From the NCBI GenBank assembly GCA_046484545.1, contig JAWOIR010000100.1:1-54459 (forward strand): a stretch of 54,459 nucleotides of DNA, given 5' to 3'. Shown piece by piece: positions 43,860-51,752 of this stretch; positions within the stretch are counted from its first letter, which is position 1, and the number at the start of each line of letters is the position of its first letter. The notes under the pieces were generated by a model. That model was not told the DNA's origin, ran no database searches, and worked only from the letters and a program-made list of their open reading frames with translations. Source of the stretch: Anaerolineales bacterium (GTDB taxonomy: Bacteria > Chloroflexota > Anaerolineae > Anaerolineales > Villigracilaceae). The translations under genes and the position numbers were made by a program.

Positions 43860-44135
43860 ACTGTACTTCAAAAGTGAGATTGCCCAGCGTGAACTGAGCG
43901 ATCTCGGGCGTGGAAACCACGCCGGTCGCAGATCCCTTGCACCTTGAAAGTCGTATCACCAGAACGATTAAGTCCGGTAGTAAGTGCAGTTATGTCCCAA
44001 AGGGACGCCGTCACGTGTGACGCCGCTGCCTATGGGGGATCTTATAACCTGCGGAGAGGGTGGGGTCCCTCTCCACGGTGGGTAAAAAAATCAACCAGCA
44101 CCTGGCGCGCTGAACCGGTGCTGGTTTCGTTTTCA
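43860..44135 (+). ncRNA. Structured ~270-nt RNA element, copy 2 (best-preserved; family unassigned, OMEGA/HEARO-like architecture is a hypothesis)
   Basis: Helices: 43876-43887/43894-43905; 43907-43913/43917-43923; long-range 43930-43936/44036-44042; 43949-43954/43964-43969; 43994-43998/44002-44006; 44053-44060/44067-44074. Terminator 44093-44102/44117-44126 plus T-tract. Compensatory changes occur relative to copies 1 and 3. A U.G pair in P1 is only viable on the + strand. Confidence 0.75.
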
Positions 44136-44140
44136 TTCAT

Positions 44141-44740
44141 CTGCTGATCGAGACGGAAGAAGTGAGCGACCCGCGCTATGCAGCCAACCCGGTCAACCGC
44201 TGTTATTTTTGCAAGGACGAGCTCTTCGATCATCTGGACGAGATCTCAAGCAAAGGGAATTATCGCTGGGTTTGCTACAGTGAAAATATCGATGACCAGT
44301 CCGACCACCGTCGCGGGGGGGTCGCCGCACGAGAGCACCGTGTGAGAGCTCCTTTGAAAGAAGCCGGGTTGACCAAAGACGATATCCGCACGCTGGCCCA
44401 ACACTACGGCTTACCTGTTTGGGATAAGCCGGCCATGGCCTGCCTGGCATCCCGTTTTCCATACGGCACGCAGATTTCGCTTGAGAAACTGGCACAGGTG
44501 GAGGCCGCCGAAGATTTCTTGTGGGGATTGAGCTTCCGCCAGTTCCGCGTGCGCCACCATGGGGACATGGCGCGCATCGAGGTAGAGCCGGAGCATATGC
44601 TCGAGCTGCTGAAGCGGGCCAGCGAAGTTTATGCCCGCTTTCGCCAGATCGGTTTCACCTTCGTTGCCATGGACCTGGCGGGCTACCGGCGGGGCAGCTT
44701 GAATGAAGGCCAGGCCTTGATCCAGATCGCTGTCCAGTAG
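44141..44740 (+). pseudogene. larE: 5'-truncated larE (ATP-dependent sacrificial sulfur transferase), missing the N-terminal PP-loop region
   Basis: ...SDPRYAANPVNRCYFCKDELF...PAMACLASRFPYG... are LarE hallmarks, including the sacrificial Cys motif. Similarity starts abruptly just after the ncRNA terminator, so about 85-90 N-terminal residues are absent. Confidence 0.7.
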
Positions 44741-44783
44741 TCCAGATTGGGGTAGGAGGCAGGCGCACATCCTGAAGCGCAGC

Positions 44784-45236
44784 ATGAAAATTCTGTATTT
44801 CGATTGTTTCGCCGGCATCGCCGGAGACATGATCTTAGGAGCATTGATTGACCTGGGCGTGGATCTCCGCCAGCTCGAAAAAGAGCTTGCCAAACTACCT
44901 CTGGTAGGTTACCGATTGGATGTCCAGAGTGTGAAGAAGCAGGCCATCCGAGCAATTAAATTAAAAGTGCTGCTGCAGGATGAGGCCGGCGAACGCCCGG
45001 CGGATGCCGAGTTCGAGGAAATCGATCCGGGGAGCGAAGCGCCAGACCCTGCTTCCCACAGCCATCACCCAACCGTGGATCAAGAACAGGGACACGAAAC
45101 TCCTGCAGTGGGTTACCCTGCCCGCAGCTTGGGCGAGATCCTGGATCTGATCGACTCCAGCGATTTGTCCTCCAGCACGCGCTCCCTCGCCAGGGCGATC
45201 TTCACTCGACTGGGGGAGGCGGAAGCCGTCGTGCAC
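44784..45236 (+). pseudogene. larC: 3'-truncated larC (nickel-pincer cofactor Ni insertion protein), first ~150 codons only
   Basis: MKILYFDCFAGIAGDMILGALIDLGVDL...ARAIFTRLGEAEAVVH is the LarC N-terminus. Similarity ends at about 45236, where an antisense cyclase fragment begins. Confidence 0.7.
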
Positions 45237-45536
45237 AACCCATGCGGACCTTCAGCGGTCTGATTCTGTCGGACCAGGGTTCAGCCGCGATGGCCTGCTG
45301 CCCATCCAAAGCTGCAGCGATCCCTTCGGAGGGCGATTCGAACACGGCATGGAATCCGTCTCCGGTGGTTTTTACGACCCGACCGTGATGCTGCTCGATC
45401 ACCGCACGCACCAGCGCATCATGCCGGGCGGAGGCCTGGCGCATCTCAACCGGGTCGTTCTCCCAGAGTGGGTGCTGTTTTCCAGATCGGTGAAGAGGAA
45501 GGTGAGAACACCTTTAGGGGTTATGGAGTGGGTCAT
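45236..45536 (-). pseudogene. Frameshifted N-terminal fragment of a class III cyclase (paralog of the 46779-49541 N-terminus)
   Basis: The minus-strand reading MTHSITPKGVLTFLFTDLENST then shifts frame through a 1-nt loss in a C-run near 45470. It continues as EMRQASARHDALVRAVIEQHHGRVVKTTGDGFHAVFESPSEGIAAALDGQQAIAAEPW...PLKVRMG and then breaks off. Its ATG overlaps the upstream stop (ATGA at 45533-45536). Confidence 0.7.
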
Positions 45537-46762
45537 GGACCGGTTCTTTCATTGCAACTTGTTAAAAACCAGGTTTCCATTTGCCCTTTGCCCTTCACAT
45601 CAATAGTCCCGCGATGCTCTAGGGCAAATTCATCCTTGAGGATTTCGTATGTATCCTTACTTATTTGAATTTTCCCCGGTACGCCGTGGGATTCCATCCG
45701 GCTGGCTGTGTTGACGGTGTCCCCATAAATGTCATATTGAAATTTTTTATTGCCAATAATCCCGGCAGTCAGGGGGCCGGAGTTAATCCCGATCCGGAAT
45801 TTAAGAGGCCGCCCCTCTTTTTCCAGTTGTCCGCAATACGCCAGCATGTCCAGCGCCAGATGGGCGAGCGCCTGGGCATGGTCCAGGCGTGGGGTTGGCA
45901 CACCCGAGGCAACCATATAGTTATCACCGATCGTGCGGATTTTTTCGACGCCGTATTTCTCGACCAGAGTGTCAAAATGCGAGTAAATCCGGTTGAGCAA
46001 CTCGATCATTTCAATTGGGCGGAGCTGATTGGAGAGTGGAGTAAACCCAACAATATCGGCAAACAGGGCGCTGGCATTTTCGAAACCATCTGCAATCGTA
46101 CCTGGGTTTTTCTTCAATCTGGCTGCGATCGGCTTTGGTAAAACATTGTACAGTAACTGGTCGGCCAAGTCCTGGGCAGATTCGAGTTCTCGTACCAGGT
46201 ACAGAATCAAGAACATGGCCAGGAATGAGTTCCACAGGGCGTTGAAAAACCCGTTGACAAGGCTATATGCGGCAGGCAGGGCTATGGGTGCATTGGCCGC
46301 GATCTGTTCCTCGAAGGCCAATACTAGTGTGAACCCAACCACGTTAACGCCTGCCCAGAAGATGGAGGTGCGTCGGCTGAGGATTAGGGCTGCCGACATC
46401 GCTGCTATCAACCCGGCACCCATAATCACCCCTGAATTGATGATTCCTCCCAAGCTAGTCTGCAATCCATAAATATAGAGGAAAAGAATCCCGAGTCCAA
46501 CGTTGAAAAAGACGATGAAGTTCCGTGTCCTAAACAGATATGCACCGGAAACCAAGGTGTGTAAGTTAAAAGCCAGGTTGATCCAGCCCGCCGCCCACAA
46601 CTGTAGATAGAACAAGGCGAGTGTCCATATGAAAGTTATAGGGATGATGACCAGATAGGCAATCGTGATGGTCGTTTTCCGGATGCGTAGACTTTCCGAG
46701 TCTTCGGGGAGGGTCACAGAATCCTCAACCCAGGCAACAAAATTCTTCCACCTATTTCGCAT
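45533..46762 (-). CDS. Membrane-anchored class III adenylate/guanylate cyclase (6 TM + CHD)
   Basis: ...ASALFADIVGFTPLS...KIRTIGDNYMVASGVP...KFRIGINSGPLTAGIIG..KFQYDIYGDTVNTASRMESHG... Confidence 0.8.
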   Translation of the reverse strand: MRNRWKNFVAWVEDSVTLPEDSESLRIRKTTITIAYLVIIPITFIWTLALFYLQLWAAGWINLAFNLHTLVSGAYLFRTRNFIVFFNVGLGILFLYIYGLQTSLGGIINSGVIMGAGLIAAMSAALILSRRTSIFWAGVNVVGFTLVLAFEEQIAANAPIALPAAYSLVNGFFNALWNSFLAMFLILYLVRELESAQDLADQLLYNVLPKPIAARLKKNPGTIADGFENASALFADIVGFTPLSNQLRPIEMIELLNRIYSHFDTLVEKYGVEKIRTIGDNYMVASGVPTPRLDHAQALAHLALDMLAYCGQLEKEGRPLKFRIGINSGPLTAGIIGNKKFQYDIYGDTVNTASRMESHGVPGKIQISKDTYEILKDEFALEHRGTIDVKGKGQMETWFLTSCNERTGP

Positions 46763-46778
46763 TAAAATTTCTCCAACG

Positions 46779-49541
46779 TTATTTGCTCAAGGCGAGTGCT
46801 ACGGCCTCGTCCATACTCATCTCCGAGCCTTCCGCCATTACCCGATCTCGCTCAACCTCCCCCATCGCGCCTGCCAACTGCTTCATGGCCTGCTCCATTT
46901 CAAAGATTTCAAGCGGATCAGTGCTGGGGGTGTTCAATTCCTCACGTGTGGCTTTAGCTCTACCGAGCAAGCGGGCGGCATGCTTGTTATTCCCGCTGGC
47001 AATCGCCGTGATAGCGAAACACTCTAGCTGGTGGGCAACTGCAGGCAAGCTTCCTTCTTCCTGCCATCCCTTAATAGTCTCCCGGTAAAGCTGGCGCGCT
47101 TCCTGGAACTTTCCGGTCCGGCGATAGAGATGGGCCAGGTCGCTCTTCGAGTGAAGGACGTTCCTCTGGTCATTGATCGCTCGAAAGTCATCGATGGCTT
47201 TCAAAAAGTAATCCTTTGCAGTCTCTGGTTCGCCTTGAAGGGCGGCCATCCTGGCCTGGATTTGCAGCACATTTGCATTGATTCGCGGGTTGTTGAATTC
47301 CCCGGCGATTTCGATCACTCTTTGAAAGTGCGGGAAGGCTTTCGCAAATTCACCCTGGTAGGCATAAAGAAAAAACTTTACCAGATTGAGCCAGCCTTCC
47401 GAAATCTCGAATCTATGCTGCTCACTGATCTCCAGGGCGCGATCCACTTCCTGTTCCCAATCGGGTGATATCTCATACTGGTTCACGATGAGGACGTTGA
47501 TCCTCCAGGCGATGCCATGTGTCATGCGTTCGAGATCGCCATACTCACGAGCAAGTGCAATTCCTTCATCGATTGTAGCCACGGATTTGAGATTTTCACC
47601 AAACAAGGAGTGAATGATTCCCAGGCCAAGATAGGCTTTGATTAAATCTTCAATCAGGTCTTCACCTGGCTGGGATTCTGTTAAGTTGCGCGTTTTATCG
47701 ATAGACGTTTCCAGCCAATTGCGGGCTTCGCTGGGATGGATCCAATGCGCCCAATGGTACAGCAGTGCGCTGCTGATGCGCAGAGCCAATTCTGGACGGT
47801 CATCAAAAGTCCAGGTTAGCACAGCCCGCAGGTTATCCATTTCTAACAGGATACGTTTAACCCAGGACACCATAGTATCTCGGACTAAGTGGTATTCGGA
47901 TTCCTGGGCAAATTTCACGAAATAATCTGCGTGCCGGTCGCGCAGGATTTCGCCTTCATTGGCCTCAAACAACTTGTCTTGTGCGAACTGGCGGATGCTT
48001 TCTAACATTCCATAACGCGCCTCACCGCTGGGGGGATATGCCACGGTGATGAGCGATTTATTAATGAGCTGCTCCAACTGATCAAAGACATCGAACGTAT
48101 CCAGCGGGTTAAAACCGGTAACCGTTTGAGCGGCTTCAAGATCCCAGCCGCCGGAGAACACACTTAAGCGGCGGAGCAGAATTTGCTCTTTCTGATCGAG
48201 CAGTTGCCAACTCCAGTCAATCAGGGCTTGCAGGGTTTGCTGGCGCGGCAAGGCGGTGCGGCGGCCGCCGGTTAGCAGGCGAAAACGGTCATTGAGATGT
48301 TCATTAATCTGCTCGATGGTGAGCATGCGCAGCCGGGCTGCAGCCAGTTCGAGCGCCAGCGGGATCCCGTCCAACCGCCGCACGACCTCGGCGATGGTGG
48401 CGCCATTTCCTTCCGTGAGGGCAAAATCGGGGCGAACTGCCCGGGCGCGTTCGAGAAAGAGCTGCACCCCTTCTGATCCGGCGATTTCTTCAAGAGTCTG
48501 TTTCTCTTTCGGCAGGCTGAGCGGCGGAACTTGGATCGCGGTCTCACCCTCGATGAAGAGCGCCTCGCGTCCGGTGATCAGCATAGTGAGTTTCGGACAG
48601 TGTTCCAGCAATTGCTCGGTGAATTCCGCGCTGGCTTGCACAATATGCTCGACATTGTCGAGCAGCAGTAACAATTCCCTACGCCGCAGGTAACCCGCCA
48701 GAGTATCGAAGATTTTTCGGCCCGGCTGCTCCTGCAGATTCAGGCTGGCAGCGACACGTTCGGGAATCAAGGCGGGATCGGTGAGGGGTGCAAGTTCCAC
48801 CAGCCAGACGCCGTCAGGGTAGTCTTCAATGACTTCTTCGGCCACCTGCAGCATCAGGCGGGTTTTGCCCGTCCCGCCGGGACCGAGCAGGGTGAGCAGC
48901 GGCGTGTTCTTGAGCAGGCGTTTGACCTCCCCCAGTTCTTTTTCGCGCCCGATGAAGGTGGAAAGCTGGCGGTGCAGGTTATGTTTGAACGTCGCCAGCG
49001 ATTTCAATGCCGGAAATTCCGCGGCCAGATCGGGGTGACAGAGCTGGTGAATTTGAACGATCGCCGAAATCCCCTTCAGTCGGTGTTCGCCCAATTCGAG
49101 CAAGGAGCAGTTTTCTGGCAGCGACCGCTTGACGAGCGTGGCTGTTGTATCCGAGAGCAGAACTTGGCCGCCATGACCCAACCCCATGACTCGGGCTGCC
49201 AGGTTAACTTCAGCGCCGAAGTAATCGCCCTCACGTTCCTGGCTCTCCCCCGTGTGCAGCCCGATGCGTACCTTGAGCGGGCCGGTTGTTTCCGGCCAGG
49301 GTTCGGCGCCGATCACCAGCTGTCCGGCCAGCGCAGCCGCCACGCCGTCTGCGGGCGACTCAAACACCGCATGGAACCCATCCCCGGTGGTTTTCACCAC
49401 CCATCCACGGTGTTGTTCGATAATCGCGCGAAGTAGGGCATCATGCCGGGCAGACGCCTGGCGCATCTCGACCGGGTAATTCTCCCAGAGAGGAGTGCTA
49501 TTTTCGAGATCCGTGAACAGGAAGGTGAGAGGACCGGTCAT
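46779..49541 (-). CDS. Class III cyclase domain fused to NB-ARC/AAA STAND ATPase and TPR repeats (920 aa; no LuxR HTH)
   Basis: N-terminus LTFLFTDLENST...KTTGDGFHAVF...RIGLHTGE...GAEVNLAARV, P-loop LLGPGGTGKTRL, and a long helical TPR-like C-terminal half. Confidence 0.8.
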   Translation of the reverse strand: MTGPLTFLFTDLENSTPLWENYPVEMRQASARHDALLRAIIEQHRGWVVKTTGDGFHAVFESPADGVAAALAGQLVIGAEPWPETTGPLKVRIGLHTGESQEREGDYFGAEVNLAARVMGLGHGGQVLLSDTTATLVKRSLPENCSLLELGEHRLKGISAIVQIHQLCHPDLAAEFPALKSLATFKHNLHRQLSTFIGREKELGEVKRLLKNTPLLTLLGPGGTGKTRLMLQVAEEVIEDYPDGVWLVELAPLTDPALIPERVAASLNLQEQPGRKIFDTLAGYLRRRELLLLLDNVEHIVQASAEFTEQLLEHCPKLTMLITGREALFIEGETAIQVPPLSLPKEKQTLEEIAGSEGVQLFLERARAVRPDFALTEGNGATIAEVVRRLDGIPLALELAAARLRMLTIEQINEHLNDRFRLLTGGRRTALPRQQTLQALIDWSWQLLDQKEQILLRRLSVFSGGWDLEAAQTVTGFNPLDTFDVFDQLEQLINKSLITVAYPPSGEARYGMLESIRQFAQDKLFEANEGEILRDRHADYFVKFAQESEYHLVRDTMVSWVKRILLEMDNLRAVLTWTFDDRPELALRISSALLYHWAHWIHPSEARNWLETSIDKTRNLTESQPGEDLIEDLIKAYLGLGIIHSLFGENLKSVATIDEGIALAREYGDLERMTHGIAWRINVLIVNQYEISPDWEQEVDRALEISEQHRFEISEGWLNLVKFFLYAYQGEFAKAFPHFQRVIEIAGEFNNPRINANVLQIQARMAALQGEPETAKDYFLKAIDDFRAINDQRNVLHSKSDLAHLYRRTGKFQEARQLYRETIKGWQEEGSLPAVAHQLECFAITAIASGNNKHAARLLGRAKATREELNTPSTDPLEIFEMEQAMKQLAGAMGEVERDRVMAEGSEMSMDEAVALALSK

Positions 49542-49622
49542 AGCTCACTACTCTCCAAGGCAGTACTCAAATGGAACTCACCCCCACCAGCTCGTCATCC
49601 AAACAACCTCCGCAAGTGAGTC

Positions 49623-50069
49623 TCAATCGGGGTGACCTTCCAGCAGATGTTTCAGCCGTTGAAGCTGGGTTTCATAGGTAGTGGTATATTGGGGGATCAT
49701 GATGGCCTGCAGTATCTTCAGCAATCCTTTCGGCTCGAATGTCGTTCGCTCCTCCAGCCGTGTTCCCGCGACTGTTGACGCTAATCGATATTGTCCGGAG
49801 AACCTCACGATCGAGCTTTCACCAGTCCAATGGATAGCTTCCGGCGCTTCGAAACCTGTGATCTCAAATTCGCCTCGCAGTTTCATCAGTCCCACTTTGG
49901 ATGCAAACGTGTATCGAGCGCCAACCCCGGGAGCAGTACCGGCAATCCGTGTGGTCTCTACCACGGGGACACACCAGTAGGGATCGTTCTGATTTTCTGC
50001 GACGAATGCAAAGACTTCTTCAATAGGGCAATTAATCGTGATCTCAGCGACCGTCTGAAACACGGGCAT
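49623..50069 (-). CDS. SRPBCC family protein (polyketide cyclase/dehydrase-like)
   Basis: MPVFQTVAEITINCPIEEVFAFVAENQNDPYW... with AAGGAG 5 nt upstream of ATG 50069. The longer ORF to 50180 lacks an SD. Confidence 0.65.
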   Translation of the reverse strand: MPVFQTVAEITINCPIEEVFAFVAENQNDPYWCVPVVETTRIAGTAPGVGARYTFASKVGLMKLRGEFEITGFEAPEAIHWTGESSIVRFSGQYRLASTVAGTRLEERTTFEPKGLLKILQAIMIPQYTTTYETQLQRLKHLLEGHPD

Positions 50070-50326
50070 TGCTCCTTTCTTGATTGCTAAGTGAAGAATC
50101 CGGATGAACCCGGAATCAGGCAGCGGTGCACGCATTGGTCCAAAGGGCTTCGATAGATCTGGGAGATAACCCAAAAACATTATACGGTAGTTATCGATAT
50201 ATCGGGTAGAAAAAGTTGAATTTTCCCGTTTGTCAATAACCGCTTCCGGTTTCGGAAGGGCAGCATTAGCCGGTCATAACTCAGGAGTTATGGGACCGCT
50301 GCCAGGCATTACGTGCCAGCCGGCGT

Positions 50327-50578
50327 GTGGTCCCCAAGACCGGTCAGAAGGCAGCCAGGGTGCACCTGCTGCAAGACGAGCGGGATGGTCCTGATCCGGA
50401 GACCGAGCGCAAGGAAATCCGCACCATGCTGCGTTTGATGCGAGATAACTATGAGCGCGGCATGTATGAAGGGGAAGAGTACCAGTACTGGCAGAAAGTC
50501 AACGGCTTGAAAGAGAAGATTGAGCTGCTCAACCGCATTCCCGAAGCGGCCATAGATTTGTCACCCGAACGAAACTAA
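50327..50578 (+). pseudogene. C-terminal fragment of a (large) serine recombinase
   Basis: ...ERKEIRTMLRLMRDNYERGMYEGEEYQYWQKVNGLKEKIELLNRIPEAAI... resembles the coiled-coil tail of recombinase-family proteins. No catalytic or zinc-ribbon domain lies upstream. Confidence 0.45.
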
Positions 50579-50610
50579 ATTTCACACCTTGCTGATGTCC
50601 CACAATTTGC

Positions 50611-50638
50611 TTGACAAGAGCAGGGGAGTAAGTAAAAT
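50611..50638 (+). promoter_or_regulatory. Sigma70-type promoter TTGACA-16-TAAAAT of ncRNA copy 3
   Basis: TTGACA 50611-50616 and TAAAAT 50633-50638. The upstream CCCACAATTT block is also shared with copy 2. Confidence 0.6.
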
Positions 50639-50644
50639 GAAGTT

Positions 50645-50815
50645 ACCATACGTTAAGTGAGATCGCCCAGCGGGAACTGAGCGATCTCTGTCGCAAGTCC
50701 TCCGTCTTGTTGATCCACTATCGCCAAGCGATTGAGGCCGGCGATAATGTTCAGCTTTCACTGCTAACGAGGATCTTCCGACCTGCGGAGAGGGTGGGTG
50801 CCCTCTCCGCTGTGG
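50645..50815 (+). ncRNA. Shortened variant (copy 3) of the structured RNA element; lacks the terminator
   Basis: P1 50659-50670/50677-50688 is identical in design. The long-range helix 50696-50702/50769-50776 is retained with a compensatory U-A pair. The 8-bp hairpin 50787-50794/50801-50808 is retained. The central domain is replaced by about 65 nt of unrelated sequence, and the 3' end runs into a TPR gene fragment. Confidence 0.5.
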
Positions 50816-51466
50816 AAAATTTCACAAATGAGGCCTTAGCCCTCTTTCGAAAGCAGGAGAACCGGCGCGGCATTGCGCAGACAATAGATCTGCTGGGCAT
50901 CGTGAGCTACCAGCTCGGCGAGGTCGTTCAGGGTGCAGATTATCTTGAACAAGCCGTTCCCATCTTGCGCGAGCTGGATGACCGCCAGGGTTTTGTGAAC
51001 ACGCTACGAATTTGACGGTGTGGGCACTCACAGATATCGAGTTTGAGGCGAGATCAATTATCTGCAATTGACGAAACTGAGCGACGAGGCGCTCCAGATC
51101 GCACACAGTTTTCATTGGTATCAAGGGGAGGTACTCGCCCTGATGCAGGGAGCCATCAGTCTGGAGAAAGTGGGCGGCTACGGGCAAGCCTTGGAGCGGC
51201 TAGCCCAAGCCCAATCCCTGGCAGAAGAGAGCCCCAATCGCGAATCATTCGCCCGCCTCCATCTGATTTTTGGTCAAATCTTCAGTGGGCTGATCGCTTT
51301 AACCGAAGCGAAAAAGCATTTCGAAACCGGGCTGACTTACCTGCAAGAACTCGGCTCCGGGCTTCTCATCCTTGCTACAAAGGTGCACCTGGCTGAGATG
51401 GGCTTTATACCCGGCCGTTTGTGGTTCACAGGAAAAATACGTTATATACATTGCTGGCGAACATGA
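50816..51466 (+). pseudogene. TPR-repeat protein fragments (two frames, interrupted)
   Basis: ORFs 50707-51015 and 51068-51466 encode TPR-like helices (…EALALFRKQENRRGIAQTIDLLGIVSYQLGE…; …GYGQALERLAQAQSLAEES…) with no N-terminal domain and a stop/frame break near 51015-51068. Confidence 0.5.
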
Positions 51467-51488
51467 TCCAGTCCGACTTCGTGGACAT

Positions 51489-51752
51489 TCACTTGAGGAC
51501 CATCCGTCCGATGTTAGTGTTTACATAGTTCATTTGCCCACCTGCAAGATCGGAATGCCCGTTCATCGGTTCTATTTCAACATGGGTAACATGTTTGGAA
51601 ATCAATTTGCTCAGTGTTTTTGGGGCCAACAGTTGATCAACACTGCCGAAAAGAGTGTGTTTAGGTTCTAGGTTCATAGTCTTTTCCCTTCCAGCCTGGT
51701 TTTGAACGACTGTCAACAGAGCGGGCCATGTGAGCTTAATATTTCTATTCAC
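51489..51752 (-). pseudogene. Partial tandem duplicate of the methyltransferase-3'/kinase-5' junction
   Basis: ...NIKLTWPALLTVVQ...MNLEPKHTLFGSVDQLLAPKTLSKLISK... repeats the end of 52830-53687 and the start of 51761-52846. The DNA at 51645-51750 is nearly identical to 52825-52925. Confidence 0.65.

Noticed and set aside
43860-44144. Simple IS/MITE interpretation of the repeated element
   Set aside because: I found no terminal inverted repeats, no flanking direct target duplications and no transposase ORF. At larE the element replaces sequence rather than cleanly interrupting it. Mobility remains possible but is not demonstrated.
45533-49541. Calling the cyclase pair a CBASS/Pycsar-type defence operon
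   Set aside because: There is no adjacent effector gene (TIR, patatin, endonuclease, or TM effector with a nucleotide sensor). The CHD domains look like ordinary class III signalling cyclases. It is kept only as a low-probability hypothesis in the findings.
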